Positions 20,944-30,079 of a DNA stretch of 64,000 nt are shown piece after piece. Each line of letters starts with the position of its first letter. Position 1 is the stretch's first letter. Made by a program: the position numbers and the translations under genes. The notes under the pieces were generated by a model. It did no database searches. It was given only the letters and a program-made list of their open reading frames with translations, and was not told where the DNA came from. The DNA is from Acidobacteriota bacterium (lineage in GTDB: Bacteria; Acidobacteriota; Thermoanaerobaculia; Multivoradales; UBA5704), in the NCBI GenBank assembly GCA_040005235.1, contig JBDTZG010000021.1, forward strand, positions 25,668 to 89,667. The letters run 5' to 3'.

Positions 20944-22073
20944 ATCTCGATCTCACCCCCGAGCAGCGGGCGGCGCGCGAACGGTTCCGGGCTTTCGCGA
21001 ACGAACGGATCGTGCCGTTCGCCGACGCTTGGGACCGGCAAGAGGCGATTCCGCGCGAGCTGATCGCGGCGCTCGCGGCACAAGGCTGGCTCGGCTCCCT
21101 GCTTCCGCCGGAAGTCGGCGGCGCGGGGCTCGATCGAATCACCTACGGCCTGTTGATCGAAGAGATCGGCCGTGCCTGCTCGTCCACCCGATCGCTCCTC
21201 ACGGTCCACGACATGGTCGGTCATGCCGTTCGCCGATGGGGAAAGCCTGAGGTCAAAGAGCGTCACCTTTCAGCTCTTGCTAAGGGTGAGCGGATCGGCG
21301 CGCTCGCGCTGTCGGAACCGAACGTCGGCAGCGACGCGGCCTCGATCGAGACCCGGGCGGTCGAAGACGGCGAAGGTTTCGTGCTTTTCGGCCGCAAGAA
21401 GTGGACGACGTTCGGCCAGATCGCCGATCTGTTCCTGGTCTTCGCCAAAGTCGCCGGCCAGCCCGCGGCTTTCCTGGTCGAGCGGAACGCGCCGGGTCTT
21501 TCCGTCGTGCCGATCCATGGCATGCACGGCACCCGCGCCGCAATGCTCGCGGAGCTTCATTTGGACGGTTGTCGCGTTCCGCGCGCCGCGATGCTCGGCC
21601 GGCCCGGATTCGGCATTTCGCACGTGGCGGCGACCGCCCTGGAGCTGGGCCGCTACAGCGTCGCCTGGGGCTCCGTCGGCATTCTCCAAGCGTGCCTGGA
21701 GGCGTCGCAAAAATACGCCGCGGAGCGGGTGCAATTCGGCGCGTCTCTGATCGAGCATCCGCTGATCCGCTCGATGCTCGCCGAGATGATCGCCAACGTC
21801 CGTGCGGGCCGGCTGCTCTGCCTGCGGGCTGGATTCCTTCAAGAGCGGAGCGATCCGGCGGCGTTTGCCGAGACGATGCTCGCCAAGTACTTCTGTTCGG
21901 TCGCGGCAGCCAAAGCGGCGAGCGACGCGGTGCAGATCCAAGGGGCGAATGGCTGCGCCCCGGATTCTCCCGTCGCCCGCTATCTGCGCGACTCGAAAGT
22001 GATGGAAATCATCGAAGGCTCGACCCAGATTCAACAGCTCGCGATTCCCCGATTCGACTTCCCGGAGCTTTGA
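20940..22073 (+). CDS. Acyl-CoA/ACP dehydrogenase (FkbI/ZmaE-like)
   Basis: ALSEPNVGSD, RVQFG, DAVQIQGANG, EIIEGSTQI; GTG overlaps the ACP stop. Confidence 0.9.
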   Translation: MNLDLTPEQRAARERFRAFANERIVPFADAWDRQEAIPRELIAALAAQGWLGSLLPPEVGGAGLDRITYGLLIEEIGRACSSTRSLLTVHDMVGHAVRRWGKPEVKERHLSALAKGERIGALALSEPNVGSDAASIETRAVEDGEGFVLFGRKKWTTFGQIADLFLVFAKVAGQPAAFLVERNAPGLSVVPIHGMHGTRAAMLAELHLDGCRVPRAAMLGRPGFGISHVAATALELGRYSVAWGSVGILQACLEASQKYAAERVQFGASLIEHPLIRSMLAEMIANVRAGRLLCLRAGFLQERSDPAAFAETMLAKYFCSVAAAKAASDAVQIQGANGCAPDSPVARYLRDSKVMEIIEGSTQIQQLAIPRFDFPEL

Positions 22074-22075
22074 GC

Positions 22076-23122
22076 ATGGGCAAACCAGGCTCGATTAAGT
22101 GCGTGATCTGGGATCTCGACCATACGGTCTGGGACGGCATTCTGCTTGAAGATGCAGACGTCCAGGTCAGGCCCGGAGTGCGAGAAGCGATCGAGACGCT
22201 CGACGGGCGCGGCATCCTTCATTCGATCGCCAGCCGCAACGATCGCGCGACGGCGCTCAGAAAGCTTCGCGAGGTGGGCCTCGAAGAGTACTTTCTCTAT
22301 CCGCAGATCCACTGGAATCCGAAAAGCGGCTCGGTCGAGCAGATCGCCAAGGATCTGAACCTGGCGCTCGACGCCTTCGCCTTCATCGACGATCAGCCCC
22401 ACGAGCGCGACGAGGTGGCGTTTTCGCTGCCGCAGGTGCTCTGCGTCGACGCCGCGGACGTTCTCCGCTTGGCAGACATGCCGGAGCTGACCCCCCGGTT
22501 CATCACCGAGGATTCCCGCCAGCGCCGCCGGATGTATCAGGCCGACATCGAGCGGAACCAGGCGGAAGGGGAGTACGTCGGAGCCAAAGAGGAATTCCTC
22601 GCCACCCTGGGGATGAAGTTCGGAATAGTCCCCGCGCGCGAGGAAGACTTGAAGCGTGCCGAAGAGCTAACCGTCCGCACCCATCAGCTCAATACCACGG
22701 GCTATACCTACAACTACGACGAGCTGGACGCCTTTCGCCGCTCGCCCGATCACCTGCTGCTGGTCGCGAGCCTGGTGGACAAATACGGCACCTACGGCAA
22801 AATCGGCCTCGCCCTCCTGGAGCTGGGCACGGAAGCCGACCGCAGCTTCTGGACCGTCAAGCTGCTCTTGATGTCCTGCCGCGTCATGTCCAAAGGCGTG
22901 GGCACCATCCTGGTCCACCACATCCTCGATCGAGCCCGCCGCTCCGGGGTTCGCCTGCGCGCCGAATTCGTCAGCAACGACCGCAACCGGATGATGCTCG
23001 TCACCTACAAATTCGCCGGCTTCAAGCAGATTGAGCGCCGCGGCGAGGTAGCCGTCCTCGAAAACGACCTCTCGAGCATCCAGCCGTTTCCGCCCTACGT
23101 CGAGGTCGAGATCGAGGGGTAG
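22076..23122 (+). CDS. fkbH: FkbH-like glyceryl transferase/phosphatase (HAD-IIIC)
   Basis: CVIWDLDHTVWDG, FIDDQPHER, RTHQLN, LMSCRV. Confidence 0.92.
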   Translation: MGKPGSIKCVIWDLDHTVWDGILLEDADVQVRPGVREAIETLDGRGILHSIASRNDRATALRKLREVGLEEYFLYPQIHWNPKSGSVEQIAKDLNLALDAFAFIDDQPHERDEVAFSLPQVLCVDAADVLRLADMPELTPRFITEDSRQRRRMYQADIERNQAEGEYVGAKEEFLATLGMKFGIVPAREEDLKRAEELTVRTHQLNTTGYTYNYDELDAFRRSPDHLLLVASLVDKYGTYGKIGLALLELGTEADRSFWTVKLLLMSCRVMSKGVGTILVHHILDRARRSGVRLRAEFVSNDRNRMMLVTYKFAGFKQIERRGEVAVLENDLSSIQPFPPYVEVEIEG

Positions 23123-23213
23123 AGAGAGGAGCGGCCGGCTTCGGGATCGGATATCCTGTTTTTCCCCAGACTAAGTCGTTGCCGGGCTGTGGGATCGCGT
23201 TCGGAGAGCATGG

Positions 23214-24503
23214 ATGTTCGATTCGAAAGAAGAGCTTCTGGAAAAGATCCGGTTGGGTGAGGACAACCTCCTCGAGCTTAAATCGGTTCGGTTCGCGGGC
23301 AACAAGGTCAAGGGACCGGCGCGCGACGATCTCGCCGACGAGATTGCGGCGATTGCCAACACACGAGACGGCGTTCTAGTGCTAGGTGTCGATGACAAGA
23401 GCCGGGAGATCGAAGGAATTCCGATCGAGAAGCTCGACTCTGTCGAGGCATTGGTGCGGGACGTGGTCCGCGACAGCATCACGCCGCCGGTCAATGCGTT
23501 CATCATCCGCATGACCTTGCCGGATACCGCAGGTACCGAGCAAGCGATCCTTAGAGTCGACATTCCGAGGAGTCTTTTCGTTCACCAGAGCCCTGGCGGT
23601 TACTGCCATCGCGTGGGGAGCTCAAAGCGGCCCCTCCGCCCGGAAGTCTTGGCGCGGCTATTCCAGCAGCGGAGCCAGACCCGGATCATCCGTTTCGATG
23701 AACAGGCGGTTTCGGGAGCGACGCTCGATGATCTCGACGCTGCGCTCTGGGAGCGATTCCGGACCTCGCGGACACAGGGGGATCGAGAGGAATTCCTTGA
23801 GAAGCAGGGCATGGCGCGACGCGATGAAGATGGTGTTTGGAGGCCGACGGTGGCGGGAGTCCTTCTTGCGAGTCGCGCGCCTCGCCAATTCCTCCCGAAC
23901 GCCTTCGTTCAAGCGGTTGCGTACGCGGGAACCACTTCCGTGCCCGTCAGCGCCGGAAGCCCTTATCAAATCGACGCCAAAGACTTTGCGGGACCGCTCG
24001 ACGAGCAGATTATTGAGGCCTGCCGGTTCGTCGCGCGGAATTCACGGGTCGCGGCGCGCAAGGACGGCGGACGGATCGACCTGCCCGCCTTCGATTCTTC
24101 GAGCGTGCTTGAGGCCGTGGTCAATGCGGTTGCACATCGCGACTATTCGATCTACGGCTCCAAGATCCGCTTGCGCCTCTACGAAAATCGAATGGTTCTC
24201 TACTCGCCGGGAAGTCTACCGAACACCATGGCCGTCGAAGGCATGCGCTATCGGCAGTCGGCGCGCAATGAAGTGATCACCAGTCTTCTCGCTCGGTGCC
24301 CGGTTCCAGACGATCCCTGGTTCCAAACCGATCGTAAGACCTTGATGGATCGCCGTGGCGAGGGCGTACCGATCATCCTCGACCGCAGCGAGGCGATCTC
24401 GGGTCGACGGCCCGAGTATCGCCTGATCGACGATGCAGAGCTGGAGCTGACTATCTACGCGGCCAATCCCTTTGCGGCACCTTCTCCGGCCATGAAGGTC
24501 TGA
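23214..24503 (+). CDS. Schlafen/AlbA_2-domain protein with RecG-C/HATPase_c_4-like region
   Basis: GEDNLLELKS, IAAIANTRDGVLVLGVDD, EAVVNAVAHRDY, SPGSLP, RGEG. Confidence 0.85.
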   Translation: MFDSKEELLEKIRLGEDNLLELKSVRFAGNKVKGPARDDLADEIAAIANTRDGVLVLGVDDKSREIEGIPIEKLDSVEALVRDVVRDSITPPVNAFIIRMTLPDTAGTEQAILRVDIPRSLFVHQSPGGYCHRVGSSKRPLRPEVLARLFQQRSQTRIIRFDEQAVSGATLDDLDAALWERFRTSRTQGDREEFLEKQGMARRDEDGVWRPTVAGVLLASRAPRQFLPNAFVQAVAYAGTTSVPVSAGSPYQIDAKDFAGPLDEQIIEACRFVARNSRVAARKDGGRIDLPAFDSSSVLEAVVNAVAHRDYSIYGSKIRLRLYENRMVLYSPGSLPNTMAVEGMRYRQSARNEVITSLLARCPVPDDPWFQTDRKTLMDRRGEGVPIILDRSEAISGRRPEYRLIDDAELELTIYAANPFAAPSPAMKV

Positions 24504-24511
24504 GGAAGCTT

Positions 24512-26419
24512 CTAGTCCGCCCGCACCACCAGCACCGGGATCTTCACCCGGTGGCGAACCGGTTCGACCGTCGAGCCGAAGAAGATGTCGCCGATCAGGC
24601 GGTGGCCGTGGGAGCCCATGATGAGCAGATTTACGCCTTCTTCTTCCACCGCTTTCGGGATCTGGACTACCGGATCGCCGTAGAGCAGCCGAACGCGGGC
24701 CGGGACGCCGAGCTTTTCGACCGCCAGGCGCGCCCGTTCAAGGTACTTGGCGTCGTCGCGGGTCTCTTCATCGGTCGATTCGCCGCCGAAATAGCGCGGG
24801 CCAAAACCTTCGGCGACGTGGAGCAGCAGCAGCTCCGCCTTTTGCGCCCGGGCGAGCGAGAGACCATGGTCGAGGATCCCTTGATCGTGGCTGTCGACCG
24901 CGAGGGCGACCGCGATGCTCTTGTAGCCGAGGTTTTCACGCAGCACTGGCGCTTGGGGCACGATCGCCTCGGCGCGGCCGATGCGCCGGAGCTTCTTTAA
25001 GGAAGGATGGAGCGCGACGTAGAGCAGCAGCAGTCCGATCGCGACGAGGCCGGCGATCACAACGATCCGGACCAGGGGATTGACTCCGGCGCCGAGCCAT
25101 TCACCGGTCACTCCGATCACCAGCTGGATGTTCAGGCCGATGATGATCAGCGCGGTCAGCCAGGCGAGGATCTTCATCCAGACCTTGTTGGCGAACTCGC
25201 CCATCCGGCGTTTGTCGCTGGTCAGCTGAACCAGCGGAATCACCGCGAACGGCAGCTGCATCGACAAGATCACCTGGGAGAAGATCAACAGCTTGTAGGT
25301 GGCGTGGTCGCCGAGCACCGCGATGGTGATCACCGCCGGGATCAGCGCGAGGCCGCGGGTGAGCAGGCGGCGCAGCCAGGGGCGCATGCGGAAGTCGAGG
25401 AATCCTTCCATCACGACCTGGCCGGCGAGCGTGCCGGTGAGCGTCGAGCTCTGGCCCGCGACCAGCAGGGCGATGGCGAACGCGGTGCTCGCGACCGCAG
25501 TGCCGAGGAGCGGCGCCAGCAGCTTGTGGGCTTGGCCCAACTCGGTCACCACGACGCCGTTCCGGTGGAAGGCGGAGGCGGCGAGGACGAGAATCGCGGC
25601 GTTGACGAAGAACGCGCAATTGAGCGCCACGGCCGAATCGATGAAGTTGTAACGGTTCGCCTGGCGTTTGCCTTCCACGGTACGCGGCACCTGGCGGGTC
25701 TGCACCAGCGCGGAATGGAGATAAAGATTGTGCGGCATGACGGTTGCGCCGAGCATGCCGATCGCGATGTAGAGCGCCTCGGTCGACTGGAGATGCGGCC
25801 GGAAGCCGGCAAACAGCGGCGCCCAATCAGGTCTAGCAAGGAAGATCTCGAGGATGTAGCAGCCGCCGATCGTGGCGACGAGGATCAGGATGAACGCCTC
25901 CATCTTGCGAATGCCGAGCCGCTGCATGGCGAGCAGCAGGAAGACGTCGAAAGCGGTGATCAGCACGCCGGTCATCAGGTCGATGCCGAACAGCAGCTGA
26001 AGTCCGATCGCCGTGCCGAGCACCTCGGCGAGATCGCAGGCGCCGATCGCAAGCTCGCAGAGTAGCCAAAGTGCCAAGGCCACCGGTTTGGGATAGGCGT
26101 CGCGGCAGCCCTGGGCGAGGTCGCGGCCGGTGACGATGCCGAGACGGGCCGAGAGCGTCTGGAGCAGGACCGCCATCAGATTCGACATCAACAATACCCA
26201 GATCAGTTGATAGGCGAATCGCGATCCCCCTTCGATGTCGGTCGCCCAGTTGCCCGGGTCCATGTAGCCGACGCTCACCATGTAGGCCGGGCCGGAGAAC
26301 GCCAGGAGGCGCCGCCAGAAACCGGGGCTCTTGGGAAGGCTCACGCTCCGATGGACTTCCTGCAGCGATTGAGAGCCCCCAGGAGGCGGGGCGGTGGGCA
26401 GCGGATCTCGGAAAGTCAT
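24512..26419 (-). CDS. mntH: NRAMP Mn2+/Fe2+ transporter MntH fused to a C-terminal USP domain
   Basis: YMDPGNW, VMPHNLYLHS; USP signature MGSHGH...FGSTVEPV. Confidence 0.95.
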   Translation of the reverse strand: MTFRDPLPTAPPPGGSQSLQEVHRSVSLPKSPGFWRRLLAFSGPAYMVSVGYMDPGNWATDIEGGSRFAYQLIWVLLMSNLMAVLLQTLSARLGIVTGRDLAQGCRDAYPKPVALALWLLCELAIGACDLAEVLGTAIGLQLLFGIDLMTGVLITAFDVFLLLAMQRLGIRKMEAFILILVATIGGCYILEIFLARPDWAPLFAGFRPHLQSTEALYIAIGMLGATVMPHNLYLHSALVQTRQVPRTVEGKRQANRYNFIDSAVALNCAFFVNAAILVLAASAFHRNGVVVTELGQAHKLLAPLLGTAVASTAFAIALLVAGQSSTLTGTLAGQVVMEGFLDFRMRPWLRRLLTRGLALIPAVITIAVLGDHATYKLLIFSQVILSMQLPFAVIPLVQLTSDKRRMGEFANKVWMKILAWLTALIIIGLNIQLVIGVTGEWLGAGVNPLVRIVVIAGLVAIGLLLLYVALHPSLKKLRRIGRAEAIVPQAPVLRENLGYKSIAVALAVDSHDQGILDHGLSLARAQKAELLLLHVAEGFGPRYFGGESTDEETRDDAKYLERARLAVEKLGVPARVRLLYGDPVVQIPKAVEEEGVNLLIMGSHGHRLIGDIFFGSTVEPVRHRVKIPVLVVRAD

Positions 26420-26435
26420 GAAAATCCCTCGGAGT

Positions 26436-26478
26436 TTTTGAGTGCCCAAAATTTACTCTACGAACGACCCAATGTCCA
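26436..26478 (-). promoter_or_regulatory. Putative mntH promoter with overlapping palindromic operator
   Basis: TGGACA-N17-TAAATT on the minus strand; TTTTG-N6-CAAAA inverted repeat at 26436-26451. Confidence 0.5.
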
Positions 26479-26593
26479 GAGGGGGTGTTGTGACAGCCGG
26501 CGCGTGGGGCTTGTCAGCGGGCGCCAAACCGTGGATCATCGAATGCACTTTGGCCCCGGAGGTCCGGGGCCTTTCGATTCGGAGGGCGGTCCC

Positions 26594-27919
26594 TTGCCGG
26601 AGATTGATCATCAGCTATCGGCCGAAGAGCTCGAAGAGGCGTGGCAAATCCTCGCCACCGAAGACCGCGTCGAGGGCTTCGAGCTCCTGACGCGGGAAGA
26701 CGCCGAGGAGTTCCTGCTCAATCTCTCACCCTACGAGCAGGCAATGCTGCTCGCCTCGCTGCCGCTGGTCGAGCGGCGGCTGTGGATGCGCTCCTACGAG
26801 CCAGACGACGCGGCCGACCTGTTGCAGGAAGCGCCGGCCGAGCTGCGCGATGAGCTGATCTCCCTGCTCGATGAGGTCGCCCGGCGCGAGGTCCGCGCGC
26901 TGCTTGCCTACGCCGAGGACGAGGCGGGCGGCCTGATGAGCCCGCGCTACTCCCGCGTGCGTCCCGACATGACGGTCGAAGAGGCGCTGCGCTACCTGCG
27001 CCGCCAGTCGCGAGATCGGACCGCCCTGATCTATTACGCCTACGTGCTCGACGCCGAACAGCGCCTACTGGGCGTGGTGTCGTTCCGCTCCCTGTTCGCC
27101 GCCACCGGCGAGGTGCTGGTCCGCGACCTGATGGTGCCGGCGGACGACCTGGTGACGATTCCGGAGGAGACGGATCAGGAAGAGGTCTCCCAGATGTTCT
27201 CGCGCTACGACCTGATCGCGATTCCGGTCGTCGACAGCGAGCAGCGGATGAAAGGCATCGTCACCTTCGACGATGTCGCCGACGTCGCCGAGGAAGAGGC
27301 GACCGAGGACATCCAGAAGTTGGGCGGCCAGGCCGCGCTCGACGAGCCGTACCTGCAGATCGGCTTCTGGGCGATGGTGAAAAAGCGCGCCGGCTGGCTC
27401 TCTGCGCTGTTTCTGGGCGAGATGCTGACGGCGACCGCGATGGCGTTCTACGAAAAAGAGATTGACAAGGCGGTTGTGCTCGCGGTTTTCCTGCCTCTGA
27501 TCATTTCGAGCGGCGGCAATTCGGGCTCGCAGGCTTCGACGTTGGTCGTCCGCGCGATGGCGCTCGGCGAAGTGCGCCTGCGCGACTGGTGGCGGGTCGT
27601 CCGCCGCGAGCTCTCGGCCGGTCTGGTGCTTGGCACCGTGCTCGCGGTGATCGGCTTTACCCGCATCCTCGCTTGGCAGAAGATCTTCGGCAGTTATGGC
27701 CCGCACTACCTGCTGATCGCGGCGACCGTTGCTTTCAGCCTGGTGGGCGTCGTTCTGTTCGGCACGATCTGCGGCTCGATGCTGCCTCTGGTCCTCAGAC
27801 GCTTGGGCTTCGACCCCGCCAGCGCCTCGGCTCCGTTCGTCGCCACCCTGGTGGACGTGACGGGCCTGGTCATCTATTTCACGATGGCGAGCCTGCTGCT
27901 GCGCGGTACGCTGCTGTAG
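26594..27919 (+). CDS. mgtE: Magnesium transporter MgtE
   Basis: AGGLM, tandem CBS domains, GGNSGSQ, PFVATLVD; TTG start after GGAGGG (alternative ATG at 26543). Confidence 0.95.
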   Translation: MPEIDHQLSAEELEEAWQILATEDRVEGFELLTREDAEEFLLNLSPYEQAMLLASLPLVERRLWMRSYEPDDAADLLQEAPAELRDELISLLDEVARREVRALLAYAEDEAGGLMSPRYSRVRPDMTVEEALRYLRRQSRDRTALIYYAYVLDAEQRLLGVVSFRSLFAATGEVLVRDLMVPADDLVTIPEETDQEEVSQMFSRYDLIAIPVVDSEQRMKGIVTFDDVADVAEEEATEDIQKLGGQAALDEPYLQIGFWAMVKKRAGWLSALFLGEMLTATAMAFYEKEIDKAVVLAVFLPLIISSGGNSGSQASTLVVRAMALGEVRLRDWWRVVRRELSAGLVLGTVLAVIGFTRILAWQKIFGSYGPHYLLIAATVAFSLVGVVLFGTICGSMLPLVLRRLGFDPASASAPFVATLVDVTGLVIYFTMASLLLRGTLL

Positions 27920-28592
27920 CGGCCAGAACCTCCGCCGGGATGCCGTGGGCGACGATCCGTCCCCGCTCCAAGCGTAACGCCTCGTCGCACAGCGCCAGGA
28001 TCTCCTCCGGCTCGTGGCTGACGTAGAGCATCGGCACCCGCAGCTCGTCGCGGATGCGGGCGAGGACCGGCAGGATTCGACCGCGCAAAGGGCGATCGAC
28101 CCCGGCGAACGGCTCGTCGAGCAGCAGCAGCTCCGGCGCGGCGAGCAGTGCGCGTCCGAGTGCCACCCTCTGGCGCTCGCCGCCGGAGAGTCCGGCGATG
28201 CCACGATCGAGCAACGACTCGATCTCCAGCACCGCGGCGATCTCGGCGAGCCGGTTCTTTCCATCGCCCGTCGGATCGCCATAGGGCGCGCCATAGAGAA
28301 GGTTTCTGCGCACCGAAAGATGGGGGAACAGCGCGCCGTCCTGCGGTACGTAGCCGATTCTCCGCCGCTCGGGCGGCACGAAGCTGCGCTCCGCCGCATC
28401 GGCGAGCCGTCTTCCTGCAAGGTGCACGCTCCCCGCGGTCGGCCGCCGGAGGCCGACGATCAGCTCCAAGAGCGAAGTCTTGCCCGCCCCCGAGGCTCCG
28501 AACAGACCGGCGACGCGGCCGTGCAGCTCCAGGTCCACCTCCAGGGTGAAGCGGGGGAGCGGCAGACGGAGGCCGCGGAGCGCGAGCTTCAC
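27879..28592 (-). CDS. modC: Molybdate ABC ATPase (no TOBE domain)
   Basis: GASGAGKT, LSGGERQ, LLLLDEP; overlaps the 3' end of convergent mgtE. Confidence 0.92.
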   Translation of the reverse strand: MKLALRGLRLPLPRFTLEVDLELHGRVAGLFGASGAGKTSLLELIVGLRRPTAGSVHLAGRRLADAAERSFVPPERRRIGYVPQDGALFPHLSVRRNLLYGAPYGDPTGDGKNRLAEIAAVLEIESLLDRGIAGLSGGERQRVALGRALLAAPELLLLDEPFAGVDRPLRGRILPVLARIRDELRVPMLYVSHEPEEILALCDEALRLERGRIVAHGIPAEVLAATAAYRAAAGSPS

Positions 28593-29257
28593 GAGGTCCT
28601 CCGGCGGAACAGGCGCTCGCTGGTAAACAACGCGACGAAAGCGAGAATCGCCGCGGCCAGGCAGAACCGGAGCGCGGCGTCGTCGCGGCCTAGTTGGATC
28701 AGCTGATAGATCGCAAGCGCGAGGGTCTGGGTGCGCCCCGGGATGTTGCCCGCGACGACGATCGTCGCGCCGAATTCGCCGAGCGCCCGGGCGAACGCGA
28801 GCAGCAGGCCGGCCGTGAGCCCTCGGGCTGCGAGCGGCAGGGTGATCGTGACGAAAACCCGGGCGGGCGAGGCGCCGAGCGTGCGGGCGATCTGTTCGAG
28901 CCGATGGGGAACCTCTTCGAACGCCACCCGCGCACTGCGCACGAAAAGCGGCAGCGACATCACCGCCATCGCGAGCAGCACGCCGCGCCAGGTGAAGATC
29001 ACGTCGAGATCCAACCGGTCGTGGACGAACCGCCCGAGCGCGCTCCGGCGGCCGAACAGGCGGAGTAGAAACAAACCGGTCGCAACCGGCGGCATCACCA
29101 GCGGCAGGGCGACGAGCGTTTCGACCGCCGCCTTGCCCGGAAAATTACGCCGGGCGAGCAGCCACGCGAGCGCCAGGCCGGGCGGCAGGATGGCGACCAT
29201 GGCGAGCGCCGCCATGCCGAGGGTGAAGCCGAGGATCTGGAGCTCTTCGCCGGACAA
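28589..29257 (-). CDS. modB: Molybdate ABC permease
   Basis: LPLVMPPVATG, FARALGEFGAT. Confidence 0.95.
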   Translation of the reverse strand: MSGEELQILGFTLGMAALAMVAILPPGLALAWLLARRNFPGKAAVETLVALPLVMPPVATGLFLLRLFGRRSALGRFVHDRLDLDVIFTWRGVLLAMAVMSLPLFVRSARVAFEEVPHRLEQIARTLGASPARVFVTITLPLAARGLTAGLLLAFARALGEFGATIVVAGNIPGRTQTLALAIYQLIQLGRDDAALRFCLAAAILAFVALFTSERLFRRRTS

Positions 29258-29276
29258 ATTGCCTCTCGCGCCGGAG

Positions 29277-30053
29277 TCAGGGATGAGTGGCCGGGCCGGA
29301 GATCACCAGGAAACCGAAGCGGCGGAAGACGTCGAGCGCGGGCGGGGAAGCGAGGTAGGCCAGGAACCTGCGCGCCTCCTGCGGATGTCGGCTCGCCGCG
29401 AGGGCGGCGAACGGGTAGGAGATCTTCGGTCCTTCGGCTTCAGACACGGCGTACGCCACTTTGACCTTATCCGAGATCTCGGCGTCGGTCTTATAGACGA
29501 TTCCCGCGTCGGCGTTACCCGATTCGACCGCGGCGAGCGCCGCGCGAACGTTCTCGGTCGGCACCACGCGATCGATCACCTTGCGCCAAAGCCCCAGCTT
29601 TTGCAGGTACTCCTTGGCATAGATCCCCGCCGGCACGGTCTGCGGCTCGGCAAGGGCGAGCGCGCGAATCGACGACGAGGCAAGGTCCGCGGGTGCGCCG
29701 ATCTTCAGCTTCGAATCGAGCGGAACCACGACCACTAGCGTATTGCCGAGCACGCTTTTCCGGGTCCCGGCGAGCACCAGACCCATCTTCGCCAAGGAAT
29801 CCATTTTCGCCTCGTCGGCCGAGAGGAACAGGTCCGCCGGGGCGCCCTCCTCGATCTGGCGGGCGAGCAGGCTCGACGCGCCGAGATTGAGCAGGATGTG
29901 ATCTCCGGAAGACGCCTCGTAGGTGTGGGCGATCTCCTGAAGCGCATCGGTCAGGCTGGCCGCAGCGGAGACGTTGAGCTCAACGGCGGCGGTCGGAACT
30001 GCGGGGAGAACGAACCACGCGCCGAGAGCAAGAGGGAGAAGAAGTCGCTTCAT
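29277..30053 (-). CDS. modA: Molybdate ABC substrate-binding protein
   Basis: Signal peptide, SAAASL, GASSLLARQI, VPAGIYA, GIVYKTD. Confidence 0.95.
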   Translation of the reverse strand: MKRLLLPLALGAWFVLPAVPTAAVELNVSAAASLTDALQEIAHTYEASSGDHILLNLGASSLLARQIEEGAPADLFLSADEAKMDSLAKMGLVLAGTRKSVLGNTLVVVVPLDSKLKIGAPADLASSSIRALALAEPQTVPAGIYAKEYLQKLGLWRKVIDRVVPTENVRAALAAVESGNADAGIVYKTDAEISDKVKVAYAVSEAEGPKISYPFAALAASRHPQEARRFLAYLASPPALDVFRRFGFLVISGPATHP

Positions 30054-30079
30054 GGTTACGCTCCCTTCGGCCGATCGGC

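Noticed and set aside
26420-26593. Mn (yybP-ykoY) or Mg (M-box) riboswitch between mntH and mgtE
   Set aside because: The spacer is short and no conserved core was recognised.
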